Source: Kiritimatiellia bacterium (GTDB lineage: Bacteria; Verrucomicrobiota; Kiritimatiellia; RFP12; UBA1067). From it: a stretch of 61,423 bases of DNA. Shown here piece after piece: positions 1-8,200 of the stretch. Under the pieces are notes generated by a model that saw only the letters and a program-made list of their open reading frames with translations, searched no databases and was not told the origin of the DNA. Position 1 is the stretch's first letter, and every line of letters starts with the position of its first letter. The translations under genes and the position numbers were made by a program. Location of the stretch: positions 1 to 61,423 of the forward strand of contig JAZUGW010000118.1 in NCBI GenBank assembly GCA_045641465.1, in the 5' to 3' direction.

Positions 1-73
1 ACCCCTTTTCGCCAAAGGCCGTGCCGCCAACAAGCACGAACATTGCCGCCATCCACATCATCCGTCTTTTCAT
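1..73 (-). CDS. 5' end only (N-terminus) of a secreted protein; the gene continues past the window start
   Basis: Minus strand reads GGGAGG, 5 nt, ATG (73..71), then MKRRMMWMAAMFVLVGGTAFGEKG, a signal-peptide-like N-terminus that stays open to the window edge. Confidence 0.45.
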   Translation of the reverse strand, partial: MKRRMMWMAAMFVLVGGTAFGEKG

Positions 74-100
74 TTGAACCTCCCTTGTTCGCCGCAACCC

Positions 101-136
101 TCAAAAGGAAGCGCCCGGAGGGGTCTCGTCCGGGCG
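101..136 (-). terminator. Rho-independent-type terminator downstream of the C10 peptidase gene
   Basis: 8-bp stem CGCCCGGA/TCCGGGCG (112..119 and 129..136) with a 9-nt loop, followed on the minus strand by CTTCCTTTT. Confidence 0.45.
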
Positions 137-164
137 GCCCCTCATTCCCGGTCGAATCTCGACC

Positions 165-3100
165 TTATTCGGCAGACGGATTCTTCTCCGTCACCACGAG
201 CTTGTAGAACCGCTTCGTCTCCGTCGGATCGACGAGGATCGAGAGCGAGAAGCTGCCCGTGGACTCCTTGAGCGCCGCCTGCTTGACAGGCGTACCCGAC
301 TCGTAGCCCGACGTCACCACATCCCACGGACCCGTCAGTTCGTCCGCCGTGAAGAGCGAATACCAGAAGCCGCGCACGCCATTGGCGATTTCCGCCTTGA
401 CGAGCAACTTGCCCTCTTCGGCCGGTATGATCGTAATCGGAGCAGCCGCACCTTCCACCGCCTTCGGCGCCAGCACGTTCTCGTCCAACACGAGCGTCGC
501 CGTCAGGCTGCCGTCCTTGCCTTTCTTGACCGCACCGTCGAGCTTCCAGCCCAGCGGCGGCTCACCCACGGTGATCTGGGCGTTCGGCGGCAGCTTCTTC
601 GCTTCGGCGGCCGAAAGGATTTCCACCTCGCCCGAGTGGAGGTTGTCCAGCTCCTCGTTCCAGTCGATCGGAATATCGACCTTCACAACCGGCGGATCAT
701 CCGGTTCGTCCCGGTTTTCCACCTGCACCCAGTAGAGGACGAGCTTGACATCCTGCGACGGCGTGAGGCCCACAACCGGTCCGCTGCCCGCCGCCAGCGC
801 AAAGCCCTCGCCCTTCGCTGCCTCGCCGATGACCCCGGCATCGTGCGCAAGCGTCTCGTCGTCTTCGTAACCGTAGAAGTTCCAGATGTAGCACTCCCAC
901 GTCCGACCGCGACGATCCTTGTAGGTGAGCGGCGACGGCACAAGCGCGAGCTGCGCATTCGGCAACGTCGCCTCTTCGCCCTGCACGATCTCCGTGCCTT
1001 CCGTCTCTTCGGTACCGCCGTAGATCTTCATCTTCGGCATTGCCGTGAGGTCCGTCACTTCGTTCAGACCCGTGATCTGTCCGTCTTCGTCGACATCAAG
1101 GGTGTACGAAACGACCTTGAAGAGGTAGTTCGTGCCCTCCGCCTTTTGCTCTGCCGTTGTCTGCTGACGGAACTTGACATTGAGTTCCATCGGCTCGTAG
1201 GCTCTCACGAGCACGCACGGTCCACCGGCGGAGAAGCCTTCCGGCAGGCCCTTCTCCGTCGCGCCATTCCAGCGTTCCACCGTCCAGCGTTCAGCCGGCT
1301 TGGCCGTGAAGAGCACGTCCTCACCATACTTGTACCAGCCCGTGCCCGGTTCGGTCGTACCCGCCGAAGCCTTCGGCGACGGCGTACCCACCGTGATGCG
1401 CACGTAATTCGTCACCATGTTCCAGGTGAGCGTGCACTGGTCGCCCGCCGAAACCGTATACGAAACCTCCGAGCCGCTGCCCGTCTGCTCCGTCACCACG
1501 TTGGAGTACAGGTTCGAGCACGACAGGGTGTAGCCGCCAACGCCCATCACGACGCCGACCACCTCGTTCGTCAGCTCGAAGGACGCCGTCGCAACCACGG
1601 TCTGGCCATTCGTATAGCAGCCCGTCGTCGTTCCCCAGGCCGGCACGACTTCGCCCGCGGTCAGACCGCTCTCCGTGCGCACCGTCCAGGAAATCTCAGA
1701 CCCCTGCTTCGTGAATTCATCCCAGCCGGCGGCGATCACCGCATCGACGCTCTCCTTGAACGAGTCCGGAATCGTCGCATCGTATTCCGGCCACAGCGTG
1801 AACAGGCCGTAGACGCCTTCCGAACCCGAGGGCGCGTAGGTCGAGATCAACAGATTCGTCCCCACGGCCGTCACGATGTTCGTCACCGGAACCGAGTTGG
1901 TCGTCGAAGATTCGTCTTCCTCGGAATCCTCGATCTTCGCAACGTCCAGAACGTTCGTGACCGTGAACTCGTTCGTCGTCGTCACCGTACGGCCATAGCC
2001 ATACGCGAGACGGCCGTTCGTGAAGTACCAGCGCGATTCCTCCTTCGAATCCTTCGGCAGCAGCACGCCGTAGGAGGGACACACATCGCCGTTCGTCGCG
2101 GACGACGTGGTGAAGTAGTACACGAAGTGATTGGTGAAATCGTCCTTGTTCTCCAAGTCCTGCTTGAAGATCTCATCGAGCACCTGCTGCGTATTCGTTT
2201 CGCCGCTGATGCCGCTGATGCGGAGAATCGCCTTGCCTTCTTCCAGCGCCGTCTTCACCGCCGTCTCGAAACGGAAGCACACCGTGCTGTTCAAAAGCGG
2301 GAACGGATTGAACCATTCCGGCAATTCGCGCGCCAGCGTCTTTTCATTCGTCGACTTCACGCACGCCTCGCCCACCTCGTACTCGGCCATCTTACCGGCG
2401 CAGGTGAACTTGTAGACGCCCGGAACCGCCGGCACACGCGTACCGAACCAGCCATTTTCCGTCGTCGTCAGCTTGCGCAGCACATAAGAACGGTTAATCG
2501 TCGGCGCGGGCTCCTCGCCCTCCGCTTCCTCGCCCGTCGGCTCGCCCGGAATCACCTCTTCGATCGTATCCACGACATTGAGGAACGTCAGCTCGGCATC
2601 CGCGACCTGTTCGCCCTTGTTGTTCTTCACCTGGCCCACAACCGGCACCACGCGGCTGTCCTTCCAGGAAATCATCGTCACAATGCCGTCCACGATTTCC
2701 GAGACATACGAGGAACCGCCCATCGTCGCCTTCGTGTCGACCATCGGCAGCGCATACCAGCCATCGCCCGAACCGCCCCAGCCCATGAAGATACGCACAC
2801 GCTCGACACCGTCGTAGTCCTGGCCATAGCCGACGCACACCACCGAGTGGCTCTCGATGCTGATGCCCACCGGAGCGCCCGCCGCGCACTGGCCGTAGAT
2901 GAGCTTGCGGTAGGTCTCGCTGTTCCACGGCTGCTGCGTGTCGCGCAGGTTGATGAAGCGCGCTTCCTTGAATCCGAAGACTTTCTTCAATGCCGTGACG
3001 ATGTTCTCTTCAATCGCACCCGATTCGTCGTCCGACCAGTGCATCGTCACACCCACAGCCGCGTTGTACGCGACACGGCCGATGATCTCGCGCTGTTCGT

Positions 3101-3968
3101 CGCTCAAACGGGAGTAGGCGCTCGCGCGAAGCCCCTCGAACGAACTCCAGTCGATCTCGCCTTTTTTCGTCGTCGCCGGCTGGAAGTTGCACACGGGCGA
3201 CTCCTGGCACGGGACATTGTTGTAGGTACAGCCTCTGTTCACGTACTCCACCGCATTCGTGGCGCCGAAGAACTGCACGATCGCCGCGCATGCCGTCGCC
3301 ACGCAGCCGCACACGGAATGATTCGGCGTGTAGTAGTTGTAGAGGTAGCCGCCGCTCGAACCCTGGCTCCAGTGCGTGAGCGGACCATTCCGCTCGAAGC
3401 CCTTCACCACGCACACTTCCATGTCGACGACATCGCGTCCCAGCGTTTCATCCTCCAGCAGCTTCGCCTTGCCGCCCAGACCCAGACGCGCCCACTTCTT
3501 CTCCTGCTGCAACGCCCATTCGGCCACACCCGCCGACCGACCGTCCGTTGCACCAGGCGCCACCGGGGCCACCGACTGCAGCCTCGCCGCACCATCCTCC
3601 TGGTAAAGGCCCAAGACTCGCAGACGCGCACGCATGTCGCGCCGCAGAATGCCCCGCAGCGGATGCGCCGCCGGCAGCTCGCCCGGATCGTTGTCGAGCG
3701 CCGCCACCACTGGTTCGATCTCCGTCACCGGCGCCACGATCACGCAGCCGTCGCCCGTCATCGAAACCTGGTGCCACAGCACCGTCTCGGCCTTGTTCGT
3801 GTCACGCACCGTGATCACCTTGCCCGTCGCCGCACGGCCCGCGCCGAACTTCTCGTTGCGCAAAACCCATGCGTTCGCGGCGGCGACCGCCATTTCAGAC
3901 GACACCGACTCGGCGCAGGCGCCAAGCGCCAACGCTGCAGCAATCAACGTTAAAATGCTTCTTTTCAT
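165..3968 (-). CDS. Large secreted multidomain peptidase, C10 (streptopain/SpeB) family, with an N-terminal Spi-type propeptide-like region
   Basis: ORF 165..4016. ATG at 3968 gives signal peptide MKRSILTLIAAALALGACA. Catalytic-Cys context CGCVATACAAIVQFF and catalytic-His context ESHSVVCVGYG match the C10 family. About 800 further residues of beta-rich domains follow. Confidence 0.85.
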   Translation of the reverse strand: MKRSILTLIAAALALGACAESVSSEMAVAAANAWVLRNEKFGAGRAATGKVITVRDTNKAETVLWHQVSMTGDGCVIVAPVTEIEPVVAALDNDPGELPAAHPLRGILRRDMRARLRVLGLYQEDGAARLQSVAPVAPGATDGRSAGVAEWALQQEKKWARLGLGGKAKLLEDETLGRDVVDMEVCVVKGFERNGPLTHWSQGSSGGYLYNYYTPNHSVCGCVATACAAIVQFFGATNAVEYVNRGCTYNNVPCQESPVCNFQPATTKKGEIDWSSFEGLRASAYSRLSDEQREIIGRVAYNAAVGVTMHWSDDESGAIEENIVTALKKVFGFKEARFINLRDTQQPWNSETYRKLIYGQCAAGAPVGISIESHSVVCVGYGQDYDGVERVRIFMGWGGSGDGWYALPMVDTKATMGGSSYVSEIVDGIVTMISWKDSRVVPVVGQVKNNKGEQVADAELTFLNVVDTIEEVIPGEPTGEEAEGEEPAPTINRSYVLRKLTTTENGWFGTRVPAVPGVYKFTCAGKMAEYEVGEACVKSTNEKTLARELPEWFNPFPLLNSTVCFRFETAVKTALEEGKAILRISGISGETNTQQVLDEIFKQDLENKDDFTNHFVYYFTTSSATNGDVCPSYGVLLPKDSKEESRWYFTNGRLAYGYGRTVTTTNEFTVTNVLDVAKIEDSEEDESSTTNSVPVTNIVTAVGTNLLISTYAPSGSEGVYGLFTLWPEYDATIPDSFKESVDAVIAAGWDEFTKQGSEISWTVRTESGLTAGEVVPAWGTTTGCYTNGQTVVATASFELTNEVVGVVMGVGGYTLSCSNLYSNVVTEQTGSGSEVSYTVSAGDQCTLTWNMVTNYVRITVGTPSPKASAGTTEPGTGWYKYGEDVLFTAKPAERWTVERWNGATEKGLPEGFSAGGPCVLVRAYEPMELNVKFRQQTTAEQKAEGTNYLFKVVSYTLDVDEDGQITGLNEVTDLTAMPKMKIYGGTEETEGTEIVQGEEATLPNAQLALVPSPLTYKDRRGRTWECYIWNFYGYEDDETLAHDAGVIGEAAKGEGFALAAGSGPVVGLTPSQDVKLVLYWVQVENRDEPDDPPVVKVDIPIDWNEELDNLHSGEVEILSAAEAKKLPPNAQITVGEPPLGWKLDGAVKKGKDGSLTATLVLDENVLAPKAVEGAAAPITIIPAEEGKLLVKAEIANGVRGFWYSLFTADELTGPWDVVTSGYESGTPVKQAALKESTGSFSLSILVDPTETKRFYKLVVTEKNPSAE

Positions 3969-4080
3969 GCCAACTTCCCCGTTTGAAAACAACACGGTCA
4001 TGGTGAAAGTGTACACTTCCCCATGAAAATTTACTGTACATTATACACGATTTTGAGGAAAAACGGAATGGGAAAATGAG

Positions 4081-4108
4081 AAAAAGTAAAGGGGCGAAAA
4101 TCGCCCCC
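4081..4108 (-). terminator. Rho-independent terminator of the rpoZ-smpB transcript
   Basis: Stem GGGGCGA/TCGCCCC (4091..4097 and 4101..4107) with a 3-nt loop, followed on the minus strand by TTTACTTTTT. It lies about 130 nt after the smpB stop, with the heptamer array in between. Confidence 0.65.
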
Positions 4109-4123
4109 TTCCACGCCATCCCC

Positions 4124-4235
4124 GAAAACCGAGTCCAGAAACCCGAAAACTGAAAACTGAAAATTGAAGACTGAAGCCTGAAAACTGAAGATTGAAAACT
4201 GAAGATTGAAGACTGAAGACTGAAGACTGAAGACT
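4124..4235. repeat. Heptanucleotide tandem array A: 16 in-phase units, consensus GAARAYT on the plus strand
   Basis: Read directly: gaaaacc gagtcca gaaaccc gaaaact gaaaact gaaaatt gaagact gaagcct gaaaact gaagatt gaaaact gaagatt gaagact x4. It lies between the smpB stop (4238) and its terminator. Confidence 0.9.
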
Positions 4236-4237
4236 GT

Positions 4238-4699
4238 CTAGAGCCCTTCACGGGCCATGTCGCGCTTGAGCGCCTTCTGCTTGAGCGTGTCGCGCTTGTC
4301 GTGCAGCGCCTTGCCGCGGCACACGCCCAGCTCGAGCTTGATGCGCCCCTTTTTCAGATAAAGACGCAGCGGAATCAGCGTGAGCCCCTTCGCCTCGGTC
4401 TTGAGCCGCAGCTCTTCGACTTCCTTCTTGTGTACGAGGAGACGGCGATTGCCCTGCGGCGAATGGTTGAACCGGTTGCCGAAGGCGTACACGGGGATGT
4501 TCATCGCCACCACGTAGAGCTGCCCCCCCAATACGGCCCCGTACGCCCCGGACAAGGATGCCTCCCCGTGGCGCACCACTTTCACCTCGGTACCACGCAA
4601 CTCAATGCCGCACTCGATCTTCTCGAGCACGGCATAGTCGTGATACGCACGGCGATTGACCGCAAAGTCACCCGGCGCTGTTTTCTTCTTCTCCGCCAC
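4238..4699 (-). CDS. smpB: SsrA-binding protein SmpB
   Basis: 153 aa, NRRAYHDYAVLEKIECGIELRGTEVK...LLVHKKEVEELR...LIPLRLYLKKGRIKLELGVCRGKALHDKR is typical SmpB. GTG start at 4699 is preceded by GGGGGA. Confidence 0.95.
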   Translation of the reverse strand: MAEKKKTAPGDFAVNRRAYHDYAVLEKIECGIELRGTEVKVVRHGEASLSGAYGAVLGGQLYVVAMNIPVYAFGNRFNHSPQGNRRLLVHKKEVEELRLKTEAKGLTLIPLRLYLKKGRIKLELGVCRGKALHDKRDTLKQKALKRDMAREGL

Positions 4700-4729
4700 A
4701 AATCCCCCGGCCTTCCGGCCGACTCGCGC

Positions 4730-5032
4730 TTAGATCGCCGCGAAAATGGACGGCGACGACGCGTGCTTCTGCCAACGCGTCTTCGCCTCTTCCGCCTTCG
4801 CAATCGCATCGAAGTCGATTTCGCTGATGAGACGGCCTTCCGCCACCTCGCGCAACGCGATGTCGACCTTGTCTTCGTCATAAGAGAGCGGCTTCACAAG
4901 CGGCTTCTCGCCCGCAATGAGCTGCTTTTCCCGCTTGGAGATCAGGTTCACGAGAACCGGGATCGACGGGACGCGTTCATGGGCTTTCTTGAGATATTCG
5001 GTGTTCATTCTGCTCTCCGTAAAATGTTTCAT
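4730..5032 (-). CDS. rpoZ: DNA-directed RNA polymerase subunit omega
   Basis: ERVPSIPVLVNLISKREKQLIAGEKPLV...VDIALREVAEGRL aligns by eye with E. coli RpoZ (NRFDLVLVAARRARQMQ...VIALREIEEGLI). ATG at 5032 has GAAAGG upstream. An alternative ATG at 5008 has GGAGAG upstream. Confidence 0.8.
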   Translation of the reverse strand: MKHFTESRMNTEYLKKAHERVPSIPVLVNLISKREKQLIAGEKPLVKPLSYDEDKVDIALREVAEGRLISEIDFDAIAKAEEAKTRWQKHASSPSIFAAI

Positions 5033-5060
5033 TCGCCTTTCTCGGCGAAATGAGTTCTTT

Positions 5061-5089
5061 ATTATACAATTTTCACAACGATCAGGCAA
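5061..5089 (-). promoter_or_regulatory. Sigma70-type promoter for rpoZ-smpB
   Basis: Minus strand: TTGCCT (5089..5084), 17-nt spacer, TATAAT (5066..5061). Confidence 0.55.
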
Positions 5090-5098
5090 GGGGAAAAA

Positions 5099-5166
5099 TT
5101 GAAAAGTTAAAGATTGAAAATTAAAGATTAAAGGTTGGATTAAAGGTTGAAGGTTAAAGATTGGGG
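5099..5166. repeat. Heptanucleotide tandem array B: about 9-10 units, consensus RTTRAAR, with one 5-nt phase slip
   Basis: ttgaaaa gttaaag attgaaa attaaag attaaag gttggat(taaag) gttgaag gttaaag attgggg, in the divergent rpoZ/hrpA intergenic region. Confidence 0.85.
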
Positions 5167-5229
5167 ACGGTAATTCTGTCATTCTGTTCAAACCCGCCCG
5201 CGGATTTAGAACAGGACGGCAGAATTCAT

Positions 5230-5258
5230 TTGATGGGAATGGGCGATTATGCTATTAT
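5230..5258 (+). promoter_or_regulatory. Candidate sigma70-type promoter for hrpA
   Basis: TTGATG (5230..5235), 17-nt spacer, TATTAT (5253..5258), about 30 nt upstream of the ATG at 5290. Confidence 0.4.
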
Positions 5259-5289
5259 TAGCGCCTTTTCTGTCTGTGCTGAGCCCACT

Positions 5290-8200
5290 ATGTCGACATA
5301 CGTTCCATATCCCGACGCCGAACTTCCGGCGATCGACTACGCCTACCCGCCCGAACTGCCCGTGACGGCCCACCGCGACGAAATCCTCGCCGCACTCGCC
5401 CGTCACCCGGTTGTCATCGTCTGCGGCGATACCGGCAGCGGCAAAACGACCCAGCTGCCGAAAATGGCGCTGGAGGCCCTCGGCGCGTACGGACGCGTCG
5501 CCTGCACCCAGCCCCGCCGTCTCGCCGCCGTCACGATGGCCGCCCGCGTGGCCCACGAACTGAAAGGCGAAGTCGGCGCCCTTGTCGGCTACCAGCACCG
5601 TTTCGCCCGCCAGGTCTCGCGCGAAACCCGCATCAAGTTCATGACGGACGGCGTCCTGCTCGCCGAAACGCGGACGGACCCCCTTCTGCGCGCCTACGAC
5701 GTGATCATCGTCGACGAGGCCCACGAACGATCCCTCAATGTGGACTTCCTGCTCGGCATCCTCACCCGCATCCTGCGCCGCCGCCGCAACCTCAAGGTGA
5801 TCGTCTCGTCCGCCACGCTCGATGTCGCCCACTTTTCGGACTTCTTCGGCCACGCACCCGTCATTTCCGTACCGGGACGCCTCTTCCCGATCGACATCCA
5901 GTACCGCCCGCCCCGCGAGGACGACGAACTGGACCTCCCGCGCGACGTCGCCACCGCCGTTGCCACCCTGCCCCCCAAGGACGACATCCTCGTCTTCCTC
6001 CCGGGCGAACGCGACATCCGCGAAACGGCCGACGCCTTGTCGCGTCTCCGCACGAACGACGAGATCATCCCCCTGCTTGCCTCCCTCCCGGCTGCGGAAC
6101 AGCAGCGCGCCTTCCGCCTTTCCGCCCGGCGCCGCATCATCCTCGCCACCAACGTGGCCGAAACATCCGTCACCATCCCGGGCATCCGCTGTGTCATCGA
6201 TTCGGGACTCGCCCGCATCTCGCGCTACATCCACCGCACGCAGGTCCAGCGCCTGCAGATCGAACCCGTCTCCCAGGCGTCGGCCCGCCAGCGCGCCGGT
6301 CGTTGCGGACGCCTCGGTCCCGGCATCTGCATCCGCCTCTATTCCGAAGAGGACTTCAACACCCGCGACGCCTACACGCCGCCGGAGGTCCTGCGCGCCT
6401 CGCTCGCCGGCGTCATTCTGACGATGCTCGACCTGCGTCTCGGCGACGTCGAACGCTTCCCGTTCCTGGACCCTCCCCGTCCCGCCATGATCCACGAGGG
6501 CCTGCGCGAACTGCTCGAACTCGGCGCCATCGCCCATCTGCGCATCAACAGCGCCGCGCGCGATCCGCACGATCCGGACCGTCCGCCCGAGACCGAGACG
6601 CGCGTCGTTCTCACCGAGATCGGACGCAAACTCGCCCGCATCCCCATCGAGCCGCGTCTCGCACGCATGCTCCTCGCCGCCTCGGACAACGCCATTCTCC
6701 CCACGACTCTCCCGCTCGTCGCCGCCCTCGCGTGCGACGATCCGCGGCGCCGTCCCGTCGACGCGCGCGAACAGGCCGCCCAGGCCCACGCTCCGTTCCG
6801 CGTCCCCGGCTCCGACTTTCTCGGCACGCTGAAGCTCTGGACCTGGTGGCAGACGCAAACAGCCGAACTTTCCCAGGCGAAAGCACGCGCCCTCGCCAAG
6901 CGCACCTATCTTTCCTACCCGAAGATGCGCGAATGGCGCGACCTCGTGCGCCAGCTGACGGATCTGTCGAAGCAGCTGCGCCTCTCGTTCTCGGAAACGG
7001 TCGGCGCCAAGCAGGACGACACCTCGGCCCGTCTCCACAAGTCGCTTCTGACGGGCCTTCTCGGGCGCATCGGACGCTTCGACCCCGAGGAACGCAACTA
7101 CCGCGGCGCCCACGGGCTCCGCTTCTTCCTGCACCCGGGCTCGGTTCTGACGAAAAAGGACAAGCGCGCGTCCTCACCGACTCAGCCGCGTCCCGTCAAC
7201 GCCCACGCGCCGAAACCGCAGGCCGCCACCGCCTACCCGCCCTGGGTGATGGCGGGCGAACTCGTCGATACGGCCCGCCTTTTCGCCCGTCAGGCCGCCA
7301 CGCTCGATCCCGCCTGGATCGAACCCGTCGCCGGCGCTCTCTGCAAGCACAGCTACCACTCGCCCGAATGGGATCCGCAAAGCGGCTTCGTGCGCGCGAC
7401 CGAGCAGGTGGTGCTCTACGGACTCGTCATCGTCCCTGCCCGCCGCTGCGACTTCAGCCGCGTGAACCTGCCGCTCGCACGCGAGATCTTCATTCGCCAC
7501 GCGCTCGTGCTGGGCGACTTGCCGCATCCGCCGCCCGAAGGGCGCGCGAACGAGGCCCTGCTCGACGCCCTTCGCCGCCGCGCCGAAAAGGCGCGTCGCC
7601 CCGAACTCTTCGACGCCGAACGCCTCGTCGCGCACTTCGCCTCGGTGCTGCCGCCCGAGGTCGCTTCCGCACCCGCCTTGCGCAAGTGGCTCGCCCGAAC
7701 GGACAACGCCACACGCGCACGCTTCCGGCTGAAGAAGTCCGACTGGTGGCTCGAAGCCGATCTGAACGAGACGGACTTTCCAGACGCGATCCGCGTCGGC
7801 GGCGTGAAGATGTCGCTTTCCTATCTCAATACGCCCGACGATCCCGAGACGGACGGCATCACCTGCACGGTCCGCAAATCCGACGCCGCCGCCCTGCGCC
7901 TCTGGCGCGCCGATTGGCTCGTGCCGGGCGCCCTGCCCGAGAAACTCGCCTATCTGATTTCGACCTTGCCGTCGGCCCAGCGGCGCGTGCTCACGCCGAT
8001 CAGCGATACGGTGAGCGGACTCCTCGCCCACCTGAAGCCCGGGTCCGAACCGCTTGTGGACGCCGTGCGCCACACGATCTACGAGCAATGGGGCTTCGTC
8101 ATCCCGGCCGAAGCGTGGCAGACGCTCGACCTGCCGCCGCATCTGCGCGTGCGCTTCTGCATCCGCGATGACGCGAATGGACGCATCCTCGCCTGTTCGC

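Noticed and set aside
636-3953. 1105-aa plus-strand ORF antisense to the C10 peptidase gene. Similar long antisense or alternative-frame ORFs occur at 5206..7134, 7174..9084, 6303..8171, 9638..11254, 14749..16056, 24149..26422, 33685..36003, 36904..38172, 40786..42978, 42932..44737, 49313..50962, 59196..61064 and 59158..60996.
   Set aside because: The translations are Arg/Ala/Gly/Pro/His-rich low-complexity strings with no recognisable motifs. They lie opposite or out of frame to ORFs with clear family signatures. This is the expected stop-codon-poor shadow ORF pattern of GC-rich DNA.
4124-4235. Considered whether the short tandem arrays (here and at 5099, 16143, 48319, 56273 and 57145) could be CRISPR arrays or telomere-like ends (CCCTAAA units in 56281..56310)
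   Set aside because: The period is 7 nt with no unique spacers and no repeat of CRISPR length, and no cas genes are present. The arrays are internal to a contiguous chromosome segment and flanked by ordinary genes, so they are not telomeres.
3895-4251. 118-aa minus-strand ORF with a striking SSIFSFQSSVFRLQSSIFSFQ periodicity
   Set aside because: It is simply the translation of heptamer array A, which has no stop codons on that strand. It overlaps the smpB terminator and the peptidase promoter region and has no start context.
4017-4729. Looked for a tmRNA (ssrA) gene next to smpB
   Set aside because: The flanking non-coding stretches contain no tRNA-like acceptor/T-arm (GGTTCGAnnCC...CCA) and no tag-peptide reading frame. 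They contain only the heptamer array, a terminator and a promoter.
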